The notes: generated by a model from the sequence alone, not told the origin. Counted from the first letter of the stretch, positions 1 to 9,158 are shown. The stretch: DNA of 49,611 nucleotides from Desulfurella sp. (GCA_031960885.1 JAVRLY010000002.1:1-49611), one strand, 5' to 3'. Program-made: numbers and translations.

Positions 1-307
1 CGCAAGATTTTTTTGTTTTGGCAAGCTTGTATGCTTCAATTAAATTTTCTGTTATATCACAGCAATTGAATACCACATATAAACTGTGAGTTTTCATTAT
101 GCTATCCAATTTTGATTTACTATCAATAGCGATTATTGCTTGAGCGCTATTTGCACTTACGCTTAGGGCTTTTGCGAAGCCTACATTATCGTTGCAATCG
201 TAATCTTTTTGCACATCCATGCCATATGCATTGAGAAATTCTAGATTGTCTGTTTCAATAACATCTATAGCGTTGATTTTCGCAAATTGTTTTAATTTTT
301 CAATCAC
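1..307 (-). CDS. Partial CDS running off the window edge; probable LUD-domain (LutC/YkgG-like) protein
   Basis: Hand-translated from GTG at 307 (GTGA overlap with the gpmA stop): MIEKLKQFAKINAIDVIETDNLEFLNAYGMDVQKDYDCNDNVGFAKALSVSANSAQAIIAIDSKSKLDSIMKTHSLYVVFNCCDITENLIEAYKL..., open to the edge. Family call is by resemblance only. Confidence 0.5.
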   Translation of the reverse strand, partial: MIEKLKQFAKINAIDVIETDNLEFLNAYGMDVQKDYDCNDNVGFAKALSVSANSAQAIIAIDSKSKLDSIMKTHSLYVVFNCCDITENLIEAYKLAKTKKSC

Positions 308-975
308 AATACCACCTTGTCTTTAAATTGTTTATTTTCATAATTGTATATTATTGGTGTGCCAGTTGGTATTTCGACTTTTACAATTTGTTGCTCATCT
401 AAATTTTCTATGAATTTTGTAATTGCTCTTAGGCTATTGCCATGTGCTACAATGAGTACATTTTCATTATTTTCTAAACGAGGAATGATATGTTTTTTAA
501 AAAATGGTAGCGTGCGTTTTAAATTATCTTTTAGGGATTCACCGTTTGGCGGTGCGACATCAAAGCTTCTTCGCCACAGTTTGAGCTGTTCTTGGCCAAA
601 TTGAATACCAACTTCTTTTTTATTCAAACCTTGCAGATTTCCGTAATAGCGTTCATTTAATGCCTCTTTTTTTATGATTGGTATAATTTGGATGTTGGTT
701 GAAAATGTTGACCATTTTTTCATTTTGCCTTTTGAGTGGATGATAACTGGCGACTTGGTAGTATTTAGTTTTGCAAGTGCAATAAGTGCAGTTTGAATAG
801 CTCTTGCTAATTTTGATGTATAAACTATATCTATTTTTGTATTTGATAATTTTGAACCAGCTGATAGTGCTTCAAAAATACCTTTTTCGCTTAGCGTTAC
901 ATCAACCCAACCAGTAAATAAATCTAAATCATTCCACATTGATTTTCCATGTCTAAGCAGGATTAATTGTGACAT
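304..975 (-). CDS. gpmA: 2,3-bisphosphoglycerate-dependent phosphoglycerate mutase
   Basis: LILLRHGKSMWN, FTGWVDV, LNERYYGNLQG, AHGNSLRA motifs; start moved to ATG 975 (SD GGAGGG at 980-985). Confidence 0.95.
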   Translation of the reverse strand: MSQLILLRHGKSMWNDLDLFTGWVDVTLSEKGIFEALSAGSKLSNTKIDIVYTSKLARAIQTALIALAKLNTTKSPVIIHSKGKMKKWSTFSTNIQIIPIIKKEALNERYYGNLQGLNKKEVGIQFGQEQLKLWRRSFDVAPPNGESLKDNLKRTLPFFKKHIIPRLENNENVLIVAHGNSLRAITKFIENLDEQQIVKVEIPTGTPIIYNYENKQFKDKVVL

Positions 976-992
976 ATTTCCCTCCTTTTTCA

Positions 993-1020
993 ATATTAGC
1001 ACTTTTTTATTTACTTTCAA
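993..1020 (-). promoter_or_regulatory. Putative sigma70 promoter for gpmA
   Basis: Minus strand TTGAAA (1020-1015), 16 nt, TAATAT (998-993) preceded by TGc (extended -10). Confidence 0.45.
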
Positions 1021-1029
1021 GTTTAGTTG

Positions 1030-1058
1030 TTGACATAGAAAATATTTTGTTTTAGATT
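1030..1058 (+). promoter_or_regulatory. Putative sigma70 promoter for the DinG-family helicase
   Basis: TTGACA (1030-1035), 17 nt, TAGATT (1053-1058). Confidence 0.6.
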
Positions 1059-1064
1059 AGATTT

Positions 1065-2939
1065 GTGGATATGAATGAGATTTTTGAGGTTTTAAGTTTA
1101 AAATTAGAAAACTACGAAAAAAGGCAATCACAGATTGAGCTGTCAAAGGATATATATAAATTGATGATAGATGGCAAAATAGGCTTGCTTGAAGCACCAA
1201 CTGGCATTGGCAAAAGTTTTGCATACCTAATAGCTGCAAGTTTATTTGTTAAAAGTTTTGAAAAAAAAGTCGTTATAGCAACTAGCACTATTAATCTTCA
1301 AAAACAACTTATTTTAAAAGACATACCAGTAATCAAGAAGATATTTAGTGATATAAAATTTGATATTGCACTTGGAAGGCAAAATTATGCATGCAAAAGA
1401 AAATTTTACACATACGCTTTTAGTATTTTTAGTAACATAGGAGATCCAAAAGAGTTCTTAAGCAATATTCAAAATGGCACAAAAGATGAGTTTGAACTGC
1501 TTGACGATAATGTTTTTGAACAGATTAGGTCTGATAAAGATTCTTGCATGGGGCGCTTTTGTCCTCAATTTAAAAATTGTTTCTTTTTTAATGCACGAAT
1601 GCGGCTAAAAGATGCAGATATAATTATCACAAATCATCACTTGGTTTTTAGTGATTTATTTGATGTAGCAGAAATATTTGATAGTATTGATGTGTTAATA
1701 TTCGATGAAGCCCATAATATAGAAAACAATCTCACAAGTTTTGCAACCATGTCTTTTAATTTTTACGACCAAGTTAATGTGATTAAGAATTTTTTTGGCA
1801 TTGCAAGTAAAATGAAGTTATTTGAGCTGATAAACAAAGTGACAAAGATTTTAGATGACCAAAAGCTTGAGTTGGCAAACCTTGCAAATACTGTCGAATA
1901 CAGCGTAAACTATGGCGATGAATTTACTGCCCAAAAGTTGATGCGCATTTCTTATTTACAAGAGCAACTTACTTATGAATTTATTAATTATAAAGATAAG
2001 GTAGACATCGAGCTTGGAGTTGATTTTAAAGCAATTATTGATAAGCTCAGTTTAAATTTGAAAATCTTAAATTTATTTATGAAAAAGCAAGATGATGAAT
2101 ATGTGTATTGGATAGAAAAGTTTAAAGATATTGTCTTATTTAACATAACAGATTTGAACTTCGCAGATTTGCTAAAAAATAAACTCTATCCAAAAGTTAG
2201 TAGCGTAATTTTTACATCTGCAACATTATCCGTAAATGGTAACTTTAGCCTAATTAAAAATACTTTAGGTATCAATGAGCCATTTGAGAAGGTTTTTAAA
2301 ACAGAATTTGATTACAAATCACAAGCAAAATTAGTTGTACTTAAAGGTATAAGTAACCCTAACACAAAAGAGTATATTGATGATTTGGCTAATGTAATTG
2401 TATCTGTGGCTAAGCAATTGAACAAGGGTATTTTAGTATTGTTTACCTCGTATAAGGTTTTAAATGATGTGTATATGCAAACAAAAGATGAGCTATCTTT
2501 AGCTGGTTATAGAATTTTAAAACAGGGTATGTTGGACAACTACAATATGCAAAAATATTTTTTCAAAGGTAAGACAATCTTATTTGGTGTAAATAGTTTT
2601 TGGGAAGGCATAGATGTTAGCGGCGATTATCTATCGTGCGTTATTATAACAAAACTACCGTTTGAAGTGCCTACGCATCCAATTGAAAAAGCCAAATATG
2701 ACACATTGGCAAAAAACGGACAAAATGCTTTTTTAAATTACTCATTACAAAAAGCTATATTGAAATTTAAGCAAGGTTTTGGTAGGCTAATTAGGACAAA
2801 GAATGATACAGGCATTATTATAATAGCAGACAATAGGGTTTTAACAAAACCTTATGGCAAGGCTTTTATTCATTCATTGCCAGATGTTTCAATGGAAATT
2901 AAAAGCGTTGACAACTTATCTTTAGACCCAAACTATTAA
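1065..2939 (+). CDS. dinG: DinG/YoaA-family ATP-dependent Fe-S helicase
   Basis: Q motif (RQSQ), EAPTGIGKS, DEAH, SAT, QGFGRLIR and four Cys of the Fe-S domain; start is GTG 1065 or ATG 1071. Confidence 0.9.
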   Translation: MDMNEIFEVLSLKLENYEKRQSQIELSKDIYKLMIDGKIGLLEAPTGIGKSFAYLIAASLFVKSFEKKVVIATSTINLQKQLILKDIPVIKKIFSDIKFDIALGRQNYACKRKFYTYAFSIFSNIGDPKEFLSNIQNGTKDEFELLDDNVFEQIRSDKDSCMGRFCPQFKNCFFFNARMRLKDADIIITNHHLVFSDLFDVAEIFDSIDVLIFDEAHNIENNLTSFATMSFNFYDQVNVIKNFFGIASKMKLFELINKVTKILDDQKLELANLANTVEYSVNYGDEFTAQKLMRISYLQEQLTYEFINYKDKVDIELGVDFKAIIDKLSLNLKILNLFMKKQDDEYVYWIEKFKDIVLFNITDLNFADLLKNKLYPKVSSVIFTSATLSVNGNFSLIKNTLGINEPFEKVFKTEFDYKSQAKLVVLKGISNPNTKEYIDDLANVIVSVAKQLNKGILVLFTSYKVLNDVYMQTKDELSLAGYRILKQGMLDNYNMQKYFFKGKTILFGVNSFWEGIDVSGDYLSCVIITKLPFEVPTHPIEKAKYDTLAKNGQNAFLNYSLQKAILKFKQGFGRLIRTKNDTGIIIIADNRVLTKPYGKAFIHSLPDVSMEIKSVDNLSLDPNY

Positions 2940-3876
2940 TTAAGTCTAGATCATCTTCTATTTTTCTTCCGGCTTGCGTAAGGTAGTTTCCAACCATAAT
3001 CCCATTTGCTCCAGCGTAAAAGACAAATGGATGCAGTTGTTTTAAAACAAATTCTCTCCCGCCACATACCCTAATATCTTTGTCAGGCAAAACAAACCTA
3101 AACATAGAGATAATCTTTAAAGCCTCTTGGGGTTTTAGTGGTGGCTGTTTTTCAAGGGGCGTACCTTTTATGGGTATTAAAAAGTTAATTGGTATAGAAT
3201 CCACATCTAGATTTTTCAGTTCAAATGCCAAACTTACTCTGTCTTGTAGGGACTCTCCAATACCAAATATACCTCCACTACACACATAAAAACCCTCATT
3301 TTTAGCCAATTTTATTGTATTTATGTCATCTTCATAACTGTGCGTTGTGCAGATTTTTGGAAAGAATTCTCTAGAAGTTTCTAAGTTGTGATGAAATTCA
3401 ACTAAACCTGCTTTTTTTAACTCATCAAGTTGCTGTTTTGTTTGCAAACCAATGGATACACCAGGTAATAATTGATATTGAGAGATTTTTGAAATTGCTC
3501 CTTTTAGCTTTTCAAAATCTTTTAGGTTGTTTAGGCTTAGTCCGCTTGTTACAAGGCTTAGGCGCTCTATGGGGTAATTTGCATAGTATTGTATTTTTTG
3601 TTCGACAGTTGATACAGGCAAAAACTCATACGCTTCAATATTTGTATTAAAATGAGCTGATTGAGCACAAAATGAACAATTTTCGCTGCAGCGTCCACTT
3701 TTTGCATTTATGATAGAGCAAAAACTCACGTAATCTTTTTTGAAATATTTCTTTAATTTATCTGCATAGTAAAATAGTTCAAGCATATTATCGTCTGTGA
3801 TTTTCAATATCTCCACTGCTTCACTAAAATCGATGTTTTTTTCAATTGCTTTTTTAAAAAGCTTATCAAGACTCAT
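2899..3876 (-). CDS. bioB: Biotin synthase (radical SAM)
   Basis: NAKSGRCSENCSFCAQS (CxxxCxxC), HHNLET, CSGGIFGIGE, SIPINFL, GNYLT; SD GGAGG at 3881-3885. Confidence 0.95.
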   Translation of the reverse strand: MSLDKLFKKAIEKNIDFSEAVEILKITDDNMLELFYYADKLKKYFKKDYVSFCSIINAKSGRCSENCSFCAQSAHFNTNIEAYEFLPVSTVEQKIQYYANYPIERLSLVTSGLSLNNLKDFEKLKGAISKISQYQLLPGVSIGLQTKQQLDELKKAGLVEFHHNLETSREFFPKICTTHSYEDDINTIKLAKNEGFYVCSGGIFGIGESLQDRVSLAFELKNLDVDSIPINFLIPIKGTPLEKQPPLKPQEALKIISMFRFVLPDKDIRVCGGREFVLKQLHPFVFYAGANGIMVGNYLTQAGRKIEDDLDLINSLGLKISCQRF

Positions 3877-3888
3877 TGTGCCTCCATA

Positions 3889-3932
3889 ATGTTAAGTTAT
3901 TAAAGTATATAAAATTAACATACAAATTTCAA
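3889..3932 (-). promoter_or_regulatory. bioB promoter overlapped by a BirA-like inverted repeat
   Basis: Minus strand TTGAAA (3932-3927), 17 nt, TATACT (3909-3904); ATGTTAA (3889-3895) ... 19 nt ... TTAACAT (3915-3921). Confidence 0.55.
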
Positions 3933-3938
3933 ATATTT

Positions 3939-3967
3939 TTGCATTTAGCAAATGTATGAAGTATAAT
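3939..3967 (+). promoter_or_regulatory. Putative sigma70 promoter for the MBL-fold hydrolase
   Basis: TTGCAT (3939-3944), 17 nt, TATAAT (3962-3967). Confidence 0.6.
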
Positions 3968-3973
3968 AATTAC

Positions 3974-4591
3974 ATGAATATTGAAACCGTAGTTGTAGGC
4001 GTGTTGCAAACGAATTGTTATATCGTTCATAACAATAAAGAAGCTATTATAATTGACCCAGGCAGCGATGCTCCAAAAATAATAAATATTATTACTCAAA
4101 AAAAACTCAAGCCAACTTTGATAGTCAACACGCATTATCACTTTGACCATACAGGTGTAAATAAAGATATAAAAGAAGCTTTTGATATACCCATTGCCAT
4201 TGGGAAAAAAGACGCTCCTTTTTTAGAAAAAGCTTATATTGATGGTTTGATGTTTATGATTGATACAAAACCTTCTCCAAAAGCAGACATTTTACTTAAC
4301 GAAAATGATAAAATAACTATAGGAGAAGACATTGAATTGTTTGTTTTAGAAACACCAGGGCATTCAATGGGCTCAATATGCCTACTTAATAAACACGAAC
4401 ATGTAATATTTAGTGGTGATACGCTTTTCTTTGAGTCAGTTGGGCGTTTTGATTTGCCAAATTCATCTGAAAGCCATTTAAAACAATCACTTCAAAAACT
4501 ATTGTTTCTTGACGATGATTATGTAGTGTACCCAGGTCACGGACCAACAACTACTATACAACACGAGAAATACTACAATCCCTTTATCTAA
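3974..4591 (+). CDS. MBL-fold metallo-hydrolase (glyoxalase II/YcbL-like)
   Basis: THYHFDH, TPGHS, FSGDTLF, YPGHG motifs; family-typical start MNIETVVVG at 3974. Confidence 0.9.
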   Translation: MNIETVVVGVLQTNCYIVHNNKEAIIIDPGSDAPKIINIITQKKLKPTLIVNTHYHFDHTGVNKDIKEAFDIPIAIGKKDAPFLEKAYIDGLMFMIDTKPSPKADILLNENDKITIGEDIELFVLETPGHSMGSICLLNKHEHVIFSGDTLFFESVGRFDLPNSSESHLKQSLQKLLFLDDDYVVYPGHGPTTTIQHEKYYNPFI

Positions 4592-4611
4592 AAAGAGGGG
4601 GAAACCCCCTC
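4590..4611 (-). terminator. Intrinsic terminator downstream of the ferredoxin gene
   Basis: GAGGGGG-AAA-CCCCCTC hairpin (4595-4611) followed by T5 on the minus strand, between convergent genes. Confidence 0.75.
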
Positions 4612-4615
4612 AAAA

Positions 4616-4801
4616 TTACTCTTCTACTTTAATTGATTCAGTTGGACATGCTTCAGCTGCTTCTTTAATTACATCAATTGAAGCACCATCTGGATTTTTT
4701 ACCTGAGCTTTTCCATCAACCATCTCAAATACATCTGGTGCTGTATCTACACACACTTCGCAACCAATGCATGTTGCTTGATCTACGCTAACTTTTGCCA
4801 T
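4616..4801 (-). CDS. Single-cluster [4Fe-4S]/[3Fe-4S] ferredoxin (61 aa)
   Basis: CIGCEVC...ACP; acidic; ATG 4801 with SD GGAGG at 4809-4813. Confidence 0.93.
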   Translation of the reverse strand: MAKVSVDQATCIGCEVCVDTAPDVFEMVDGKAQVKNPDGASIDVIKEAAEACPTESIKVEE

Positions 4802-4826
4802 ACAAAAACCTCCACTTTTTTTTCGT

Positions 4827-4855
4827 ATTGTATTATACAAAGCACCCTATGTCAA
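4827..4855 (-). promoter_or_regulatory. Putative strong sigma70 promoter for ferredoxin
   Basis: Minus strand TTGACA (4855-4850), 17 nt, TACAAT (4832-4827). Confidence 0.65.
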
Positions 4856-4900
4856 GTTATTGCTAAAATTTAGAAACAGAGCTGTTTGAGTTTATTTGGC

Positions 4901-4929
4901 TTGAAAAATTATATTTAATAATATATAAA
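4901..4929 (+). promoter_or_regulatory. Putative sigma70 promoter for the GT2-rfbC-rfbD-wbaP cluster
   Basis: TTGAAA (4901-4906), 17 nt, TATAAA (4924-4929). Confidence 0.5.
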
Positions 4930-4936
4930 AGCTTTT

Positions 4937-5767
4937 ATGGATGTATCGGTTGTAATTCCAACTTTTATGGGTGAAAAAACACTAAAGCCATTGCTTATTA
5001 GATTAACGCAAGAGCATGTTCGCGATATAATTGTAATAGATTCACAGTCCAAAGATTATACGCTAGATATTGCAAAAGCATTTACAAATAGGATATATGT
5101 AATTAAAAAAGAACAATTCAATCATGGTTTAACCAGAAATTTTGGTTTAGAGTTAGCCAGTTGCGAGATTGTTGTGTTTTTAACTCAAGATGCAATACCG
5201 CAAAAAAATTCTATTCGTGTATTAGCAAATAGTTTTAAAGATAGCGATATTGCTATTGCTTATGGAAGGCAATTGCCTCATAAAAACGCAATTGAGTTTT
5301 CAAAACACTTAAGATACTTTAATTACCCCGATTACTCGATTAAAAAAACGCTTGATAAAAAACATGAGTTTGGAATGAAACTGGCATTTAACTCTAACTC
5401 ATTTGCTGCATATAGAAAAAGCGTAATAAAAAACTTAGGTGGTTTTGTAAGGCTTGATTTTGGAGAAGATGTTTATATGGCTGCTCTTGCACTTAAAAAT
5501 GGTTATGCGGTTTTTTATAATCATGAAGCTATAGTTTATCACTCGCATAATTATTCTCTAAAGGAAGAGTTTTTGCGATATATTGAGGTAGGAAAATTTT
5601 ATAAATCTCAAAATTGGATTGAAAAAGAGTTTGGCAAAACGCAAGATGAAGGTTTTCGTTATGTTAAATCTCAATTAGAGTATTTGGTGAAAACGAAAAA
5701 ACTATATTGCTTACCTTCGTTTGCGATAAGGGACATATTAAAATTTGTAGCGTTTAAATTGGCGTAA
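4937..5767 (+). CDS. Family 2 glycosyltransferase, probable rhamnosyltransferase (RfbN-like)
   Basis: VSVVIPT, IDSQSKD, FNHGLTRN, FLTQDA, YGRQLP, VYHSHNY; next to dTDP-rhamnose genes. Confidence 0.85.
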   Translation: MDVSVVIPTFMGEKTLKPLLIRLTQEHVRDIIVIDSQSKDYTLDIAKAFTNRIYVIKKEQFNHGLTRNFGLELASCEIVVFLTQDAIPQKNSIRVLANSFKDSDIAIAYGRQLPHKNAIEFSKHLRYFNYPDYSIKKTLDKKHEFGMKLAFNSNSFAAYRKSVIKNLGGFVRLDFGEDVYMAALALKNGYAVFYNHEAIVYHSHNYSLKEEFLRYIEVGKFYKSQNWIEKEFGKTQDEGFRYVKSQLEYLVKTKKLYCLPSFAIRDILKFVAFKLA

Positions 5768-5779
5768 GAGGAGATACAT

Positions 5780-6328
5780 ATGCCATTTAGCTTTGAAAAA
5801 TTAAGTTTGGATAAGGCAATACTTATCAAGCCTCAGGTTTTTTTTGATAATAGAGGTTATTTTTTAGAAACTTACAAAAAAAGTGAATTTGAGACAATTG
5901 GCATACTGGATGAGTTTAATCAAGATAATCATTCTTTTTCGGAAAAAGGTGTATTGCGTGGACTTCATATACAGCGCCGCCCATTTGGTCAAGCAAAATT
6001 GGTGCGTTGCGTGTATGGTGAAATATTTGATTGCATTGTGGATGTGAGGGCTGGTTCAAAAACATACGGCCAATATTTATCTTTTATCTTAAACGATAAA
6101 AATCATTACATTTTGTATGTACCAGAAGGTTTTTTGCATGGTTTTGTTACGCTAAGCGATGAAGCTATTGTACTTTATAAAGCGTCAAAAGAATATTGCA
6201 AAGAATGTGAAGATGGCGTGATTTGGAATGACCCAATACTAAACATTAACTGGCCCATAAAAGAGCCTATAGTTTCGCAAAAAGATTTACAACTAGGCGC
6301 ATTTAAAGATTTTGAGGCATATATATGA
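5780..6328 (+). CDS. rfbC: dTDP-4-dehydrorhamnose 3,5-epimerase
   Basis: DNRGYFLE, QDNHSFS.KGVLRGLH, QAKLVRC, GFLHGF. Confidence 0.95.
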   Translation: MPFSFEKLSLDKAILIKPQVFFDNRGYFLETYKKSEFETIGILDEFNQDNHSFSEKGVLRGLHIQRRPFGQAKLVRCVYGEIFDCIVDVRAGSKTYGQYLSFILNDKNHYILYVPEGFLHGFVTLSDEAIVLYKASKEYCKECEDGVIWNDPILNINWPIKEPIVSQKDLQLGAFKDFEAYI

Positions 6329-7170
6329 TATTGATACTTGGCGCACATGGTCAATTGGGAAAGGCTTTTATAAAGGTATTATTACAACAAGCAATAGATT
6401 TTAAGGCTTTTGGAAGGGAATGCGATATATCTAACATTGATTTATTGTATGCTACATTTAAAGAATATAAGCCTTTAGTTGTTATAAATTGCGCTGCTTA
6501 CAATTTAGTTGATGATTGTGAAGCAAATTATCATTTAGGTTACAAAACAAACACACAAGGCCCGACAAATTTAGCCATTTGCGCAAAGGAGTTTGGCTCA
6601 TTTTTAATTCATTATAGTACCGATTATGTTTATGATGGAGCTAAAGTGGGATTATATAGTGAAGCAGACAAACCAAATCCGTTGAATGAGTATGGAAAAT
6701 CCAAGCTTTTGGGTGAGTACGCTATTTGTGACATATTAGAAAATTACCTTATTTTGCGTACAAGCTGGGTATATGGCAATGGTAAGAATAATTTTATTGC
6801 AAAGTTTGTTGCTTGGAGCAAACAAAATGAATATATAAAAGTTGCATATGACGAGTTTTCTGTACCTACATCGACAAAAACAATTGTCCAAGTAACGCTA
6901 TTATCTATCAAAAAAGATTTAAGAGGCCTATTTTGCTTGGCAAACAGTGGGTATTGTTCACGGTTTGAGTGGGCAAGTTTTGTTAATAAAAAACTTAATT
7001 TAAAAAAATTTATTTACCCTGTTTCAAGAGAAATTTTTAATTTGAAAGCAAAACGCCCTTTATTTAGCGCAATGAGCAACAATCTGTTAAGTAAAACGCT
7101 AAACATTGAAATCCAAGATTGGCAAAGCGCGTTAGAAGAGTTTTTAGTAAGTGACTATGAAGAAAACTAA
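6325..7170 (+). CDS. rfbD: dTDP-4-dehydrorhamnose reductase
   Basis: GAHGQLG, NCAAYNLVD, STDYVYDG, YGKSKLLGE, LRTSWVY. Confidence 0.95.
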   Translation: MILILGAHGQLGKAFIKVLLQQAIDFKAFGRECDISNIDLLYATFKEYKPLVVINCAAYNLVDDCEANYHLGYKTNTQGPTNLAICAKEFGSFLIHYSTDYVYDGAKVGLYSEADKPNPLNEYGKSKLLGEYAICDILENYLILRTSWVYGNGKNNFIAKFVAWSKQNEYIKVAYDEFSVPTSTKTIVQVTLLSIKKDLRGLFCLANSGYCSRFEWASFVNKKLNLKKFIYPVSREIFNLKAKRPLFSAMSNNLLSKTLNIEIQDWQSALEEFLVSDYEEN

Positions 7171-8566
7171 CCAAATAATTGCGTTTTTAATAATTGTAAT
7201 ATTCGATTTTATTGCATTTGCAATAAGTCTATATCTGGCACACCAAACACGAATATTTTTAAATGTTTTTGATATTGTTCAGTACAAAAAGCCGTTTTCT
7301 TACTATTATGAATATTTTTTTGTTTTTTTTATTATATTTTTTTTGTTTTACTATGAGGGGGTTTACACAAAACGCTACGACATTTGGGAAGATATGAAAA
7401 AAATTTTCAATTCTTTGGCAATCATTGTTGTAGTTGTGCTTTCTCTTGTTTCAATTACAAAATCAAGCCTATTATTTTCTAGGCTTGTGATATTTTTGTT
7501 TTGGTTTTATAGTCTATCTGTATTTCCACTATTTCATGTGTTGTCTAAAAAGCTGTTGTATAGACTAAATTTGTGGCAAAAAAATGTAATAGTATGTGGT
7601 ACTTCAAACGAGACTTTAGAATTTAGCAATTCTTTAGAAAACCAGTTTTACTTAGGTTACAAAATATATGCTTTTTTTGATAGGAAGTCTCATCAAAAGA
7701 AGTTTTGTGGCAAAAAAGTAATAAGGTCTGTTTTAGAACTTAACACTGAGTCAAAAAAACACGATATCGACACGATTTTTGTTATTGCTTCTTCCAAAAC
7801 AGATATCGACTTAACAAGCTTGCAAACGATTTTTAAGAATGTAATTGTTATACCCGACCTTGAGGGTTTGTCTATTTTCAATACAAAAATAAATTTTTAT
7901 TTTTCGCAAAAATTGTTATTTATTCAAACAAAGAATAATTTAGATTCAATTTTAAATCGTATGTTGAAAAGATTATTTGATTTAATACTTGTAGTTATTG
8001 CGCTGCCTTTTTTCTTAATTGCGTTGATTTTTATCAGCATAGCTATCAAAGCAACATCTAAGGGTCCCATTTTTTTTAAGCATGAAAGGATAGGCAAAAA
8101 CGGTCAAATTATCAAAATTTACAAATTTCGCAGCATGTATGTGGATGCTCAAGAGCGTCTAAAGGTTTTGCTTGAGAATGACGAAGCATTAAAACAAGAG
8201 TGGAATCAGTATTTTAAACTTAAAAATGATCCAAGAATAACAAAAGTTGGCCACTTTTTGAGAAATACATCCCTAGATGAATTACCGCAAATAATAAACA
8301 TTATTAAAAATGAGATGTCATTTGTTGGTCCAAGACCTGTCGTTCAAGAAGAAGTAGAAAAATACTATAAAGAGTATGCGAAGTTTTACTACATGGTTAA
8401 TCCTGGTCTTACAGGGCTTTGGCAAGTAAGTGGTAGAAATGATACAACATACGATTTTCGGGTTAAAATGGATAGTTGGTATGTCACTAATTGGTCACTG
8501 TGGCTTGATATAATTATAATAGTTAAGACAATTGCCGTTGTAATAAGAAAAGAGGGTGTTTATTAA
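7157..8566 (+). CDS. wbaP: Undecaprenyl-phosphate sugar phosphotransferase (WbaP family)
   Basis: N-terminal TM helices, then KRLFD, KFRSM, DPRITKVG..LR.TSLDELPQ, VGPRP, PGLTGLWQVSGR. Confidence 0.9.
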   Translation: MKKTNQIIAFLIIVIFDFIAFAISLYLAHQTRIFLNVFDIVQYKKPFSYYYEYFFVFFIIFFLFYYEGVYTKRYDIWEDMKKIFNSLAIIVVVVLSLVSITKSSLLFSRLVIFLFWFYSLSVFPLFHVLSKKLLYRLNLWQKNVIVCGTSNETLEFSNSLENQFYLGYKIYAFFDRKSHQKKFCGKKVIRSVLELNTESKKHDIDTIFVIASSKTDIDLTSLQTIFKNVIVIPDLEGLSIFNTKINFYFSQKLLFIQTKNNLDSILNRMLKRLFDLILVVIALPFFLIALIFISIAIKATSKGPIFFKHERIGKNGQIIKIYKFRSMYVDAQERLKVLLENDEALKQEWNQYFKLKNDPRITKVGHFLRNTSLDELPQIINIIKNEMSFVGPRPVVQEEVEKYYKEYAKFYYMVNPGLTGLWQVSGRNDTTYDFRVKMDSWYVTNWSLWLDIIIIVKTIAVVIRKEGVY

Positions 8567-8583
8567 AAATTCAAAGTAGTGTA

Positions 8584-8612
8584 TTGACTGATAAAAGAAA
8601 TTATGGTAGTTT
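8584..8612 (+). promoter_or_regulatory. Putative sigma70 promoter for the DUF167-ndk-rpmF-fab operon
   Basis: TTGACT (8584-8589), 17 nt, TAGTTT (8607-8612) preceded by TGg. Confidence 0.5.
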
Positions 8613-8626
8613 GTCTTTGGTTTTTT

Positions 8627-8902
8627 ATGATTGTGCGTTTGAAAGTCGTTGCAAATGCGAAACAAGATGTAATCTATGGAGCAGAAGGAGGTTTTTTGAA
8701 AGTTAAAGTGTCAAAGCCTGCTTATGATGGTAAAGCTAATAAGGCTCTTATTAACTTGATGTCTTGTTTTTTTAATATAAAAAAATCTGATATTAAAATT
8801 TTAAGCGGCGAAAAATCTCACATAAAAACACTTGAGTTATCAATAAAAGAAGAAGATTTTAATTTTAAAATAAAACAGGTGAATGCAAATGCCAATTTAT
8901 GA
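8627..8902 (+). CDS. DUF167 (YggU/UPF0235) protein
   Basis: [18 protein letters not shown]...[11 protein letters not shown] pattern; start at MIVRLKV. Confidence 0.85.
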   Translation: MIVRLKVVANAKQDVIYGAEGGFLKVKVSKPAYDGKANKALINLMSCFFNIKKSDIKILSGEKSHIKTLELSIKEEDFNFKIKQVNANANL

Positions 8903-9158
8903 GTATAAATGTTCTGTTTGTGATGAAGTTATTGAATTAATGCAAAAGATTGGTGCTAAACCTCCGAAAGTATGCCCTGCTTGTGGCTCTACAAACTCTC
9001 TAAAGAAGCTTATTTCTCATACTTCTTTTGAGCTGAAAGGCTCTGGGTGGTATGTGACAGATTACAAAAATAACTCTAAACCGATAAACGCAAAGTCTGA
9101 GTCTAATACTAATAAAGGAGAAGTTAAAAATGTTGGAAAAGACACTGTCAATCATTAA
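8889..9158 (+). CDS. FmdB-family zinc-ribbon protein
   Basis: [11 protein letters not shown]...CPACGS...[13 protein letters not shown]. Confidence 0.9.
   Translation: MPIYEYKCSVCDEVIELMQKIGAKPPKVCPACGSTNSLKKLISHTSFELKGSGWYVTDYKNNSKPINAKSESNTNKGEVKNVGKDTVNH

Noticed and set aside
1065..2939. DinG as part of a type IV CRISPR (CasDinG) or other defence system
   Set aside because: No cas genes, arrays or nuclease partners nearby; the neighbours are housekeeping genes and the protein is an ordinary Fe-S DinG/YoaA.
7310..7350. T-runs in wbaP, plus A9 near 17502 and G7 near 10592, as phase-variation tracts
   Set aside because: Short, in frame and expected from Phe/Lys/Gly codons in AT-rich DNA.
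4937..8566. GT2-rfbC-rfbD-wbaP as a horizontally acquired island
   Set aside because: No integrase, tRNA, flanking repeats or visible composition shift; rfbA/rfbB are often encoded elsewhere.
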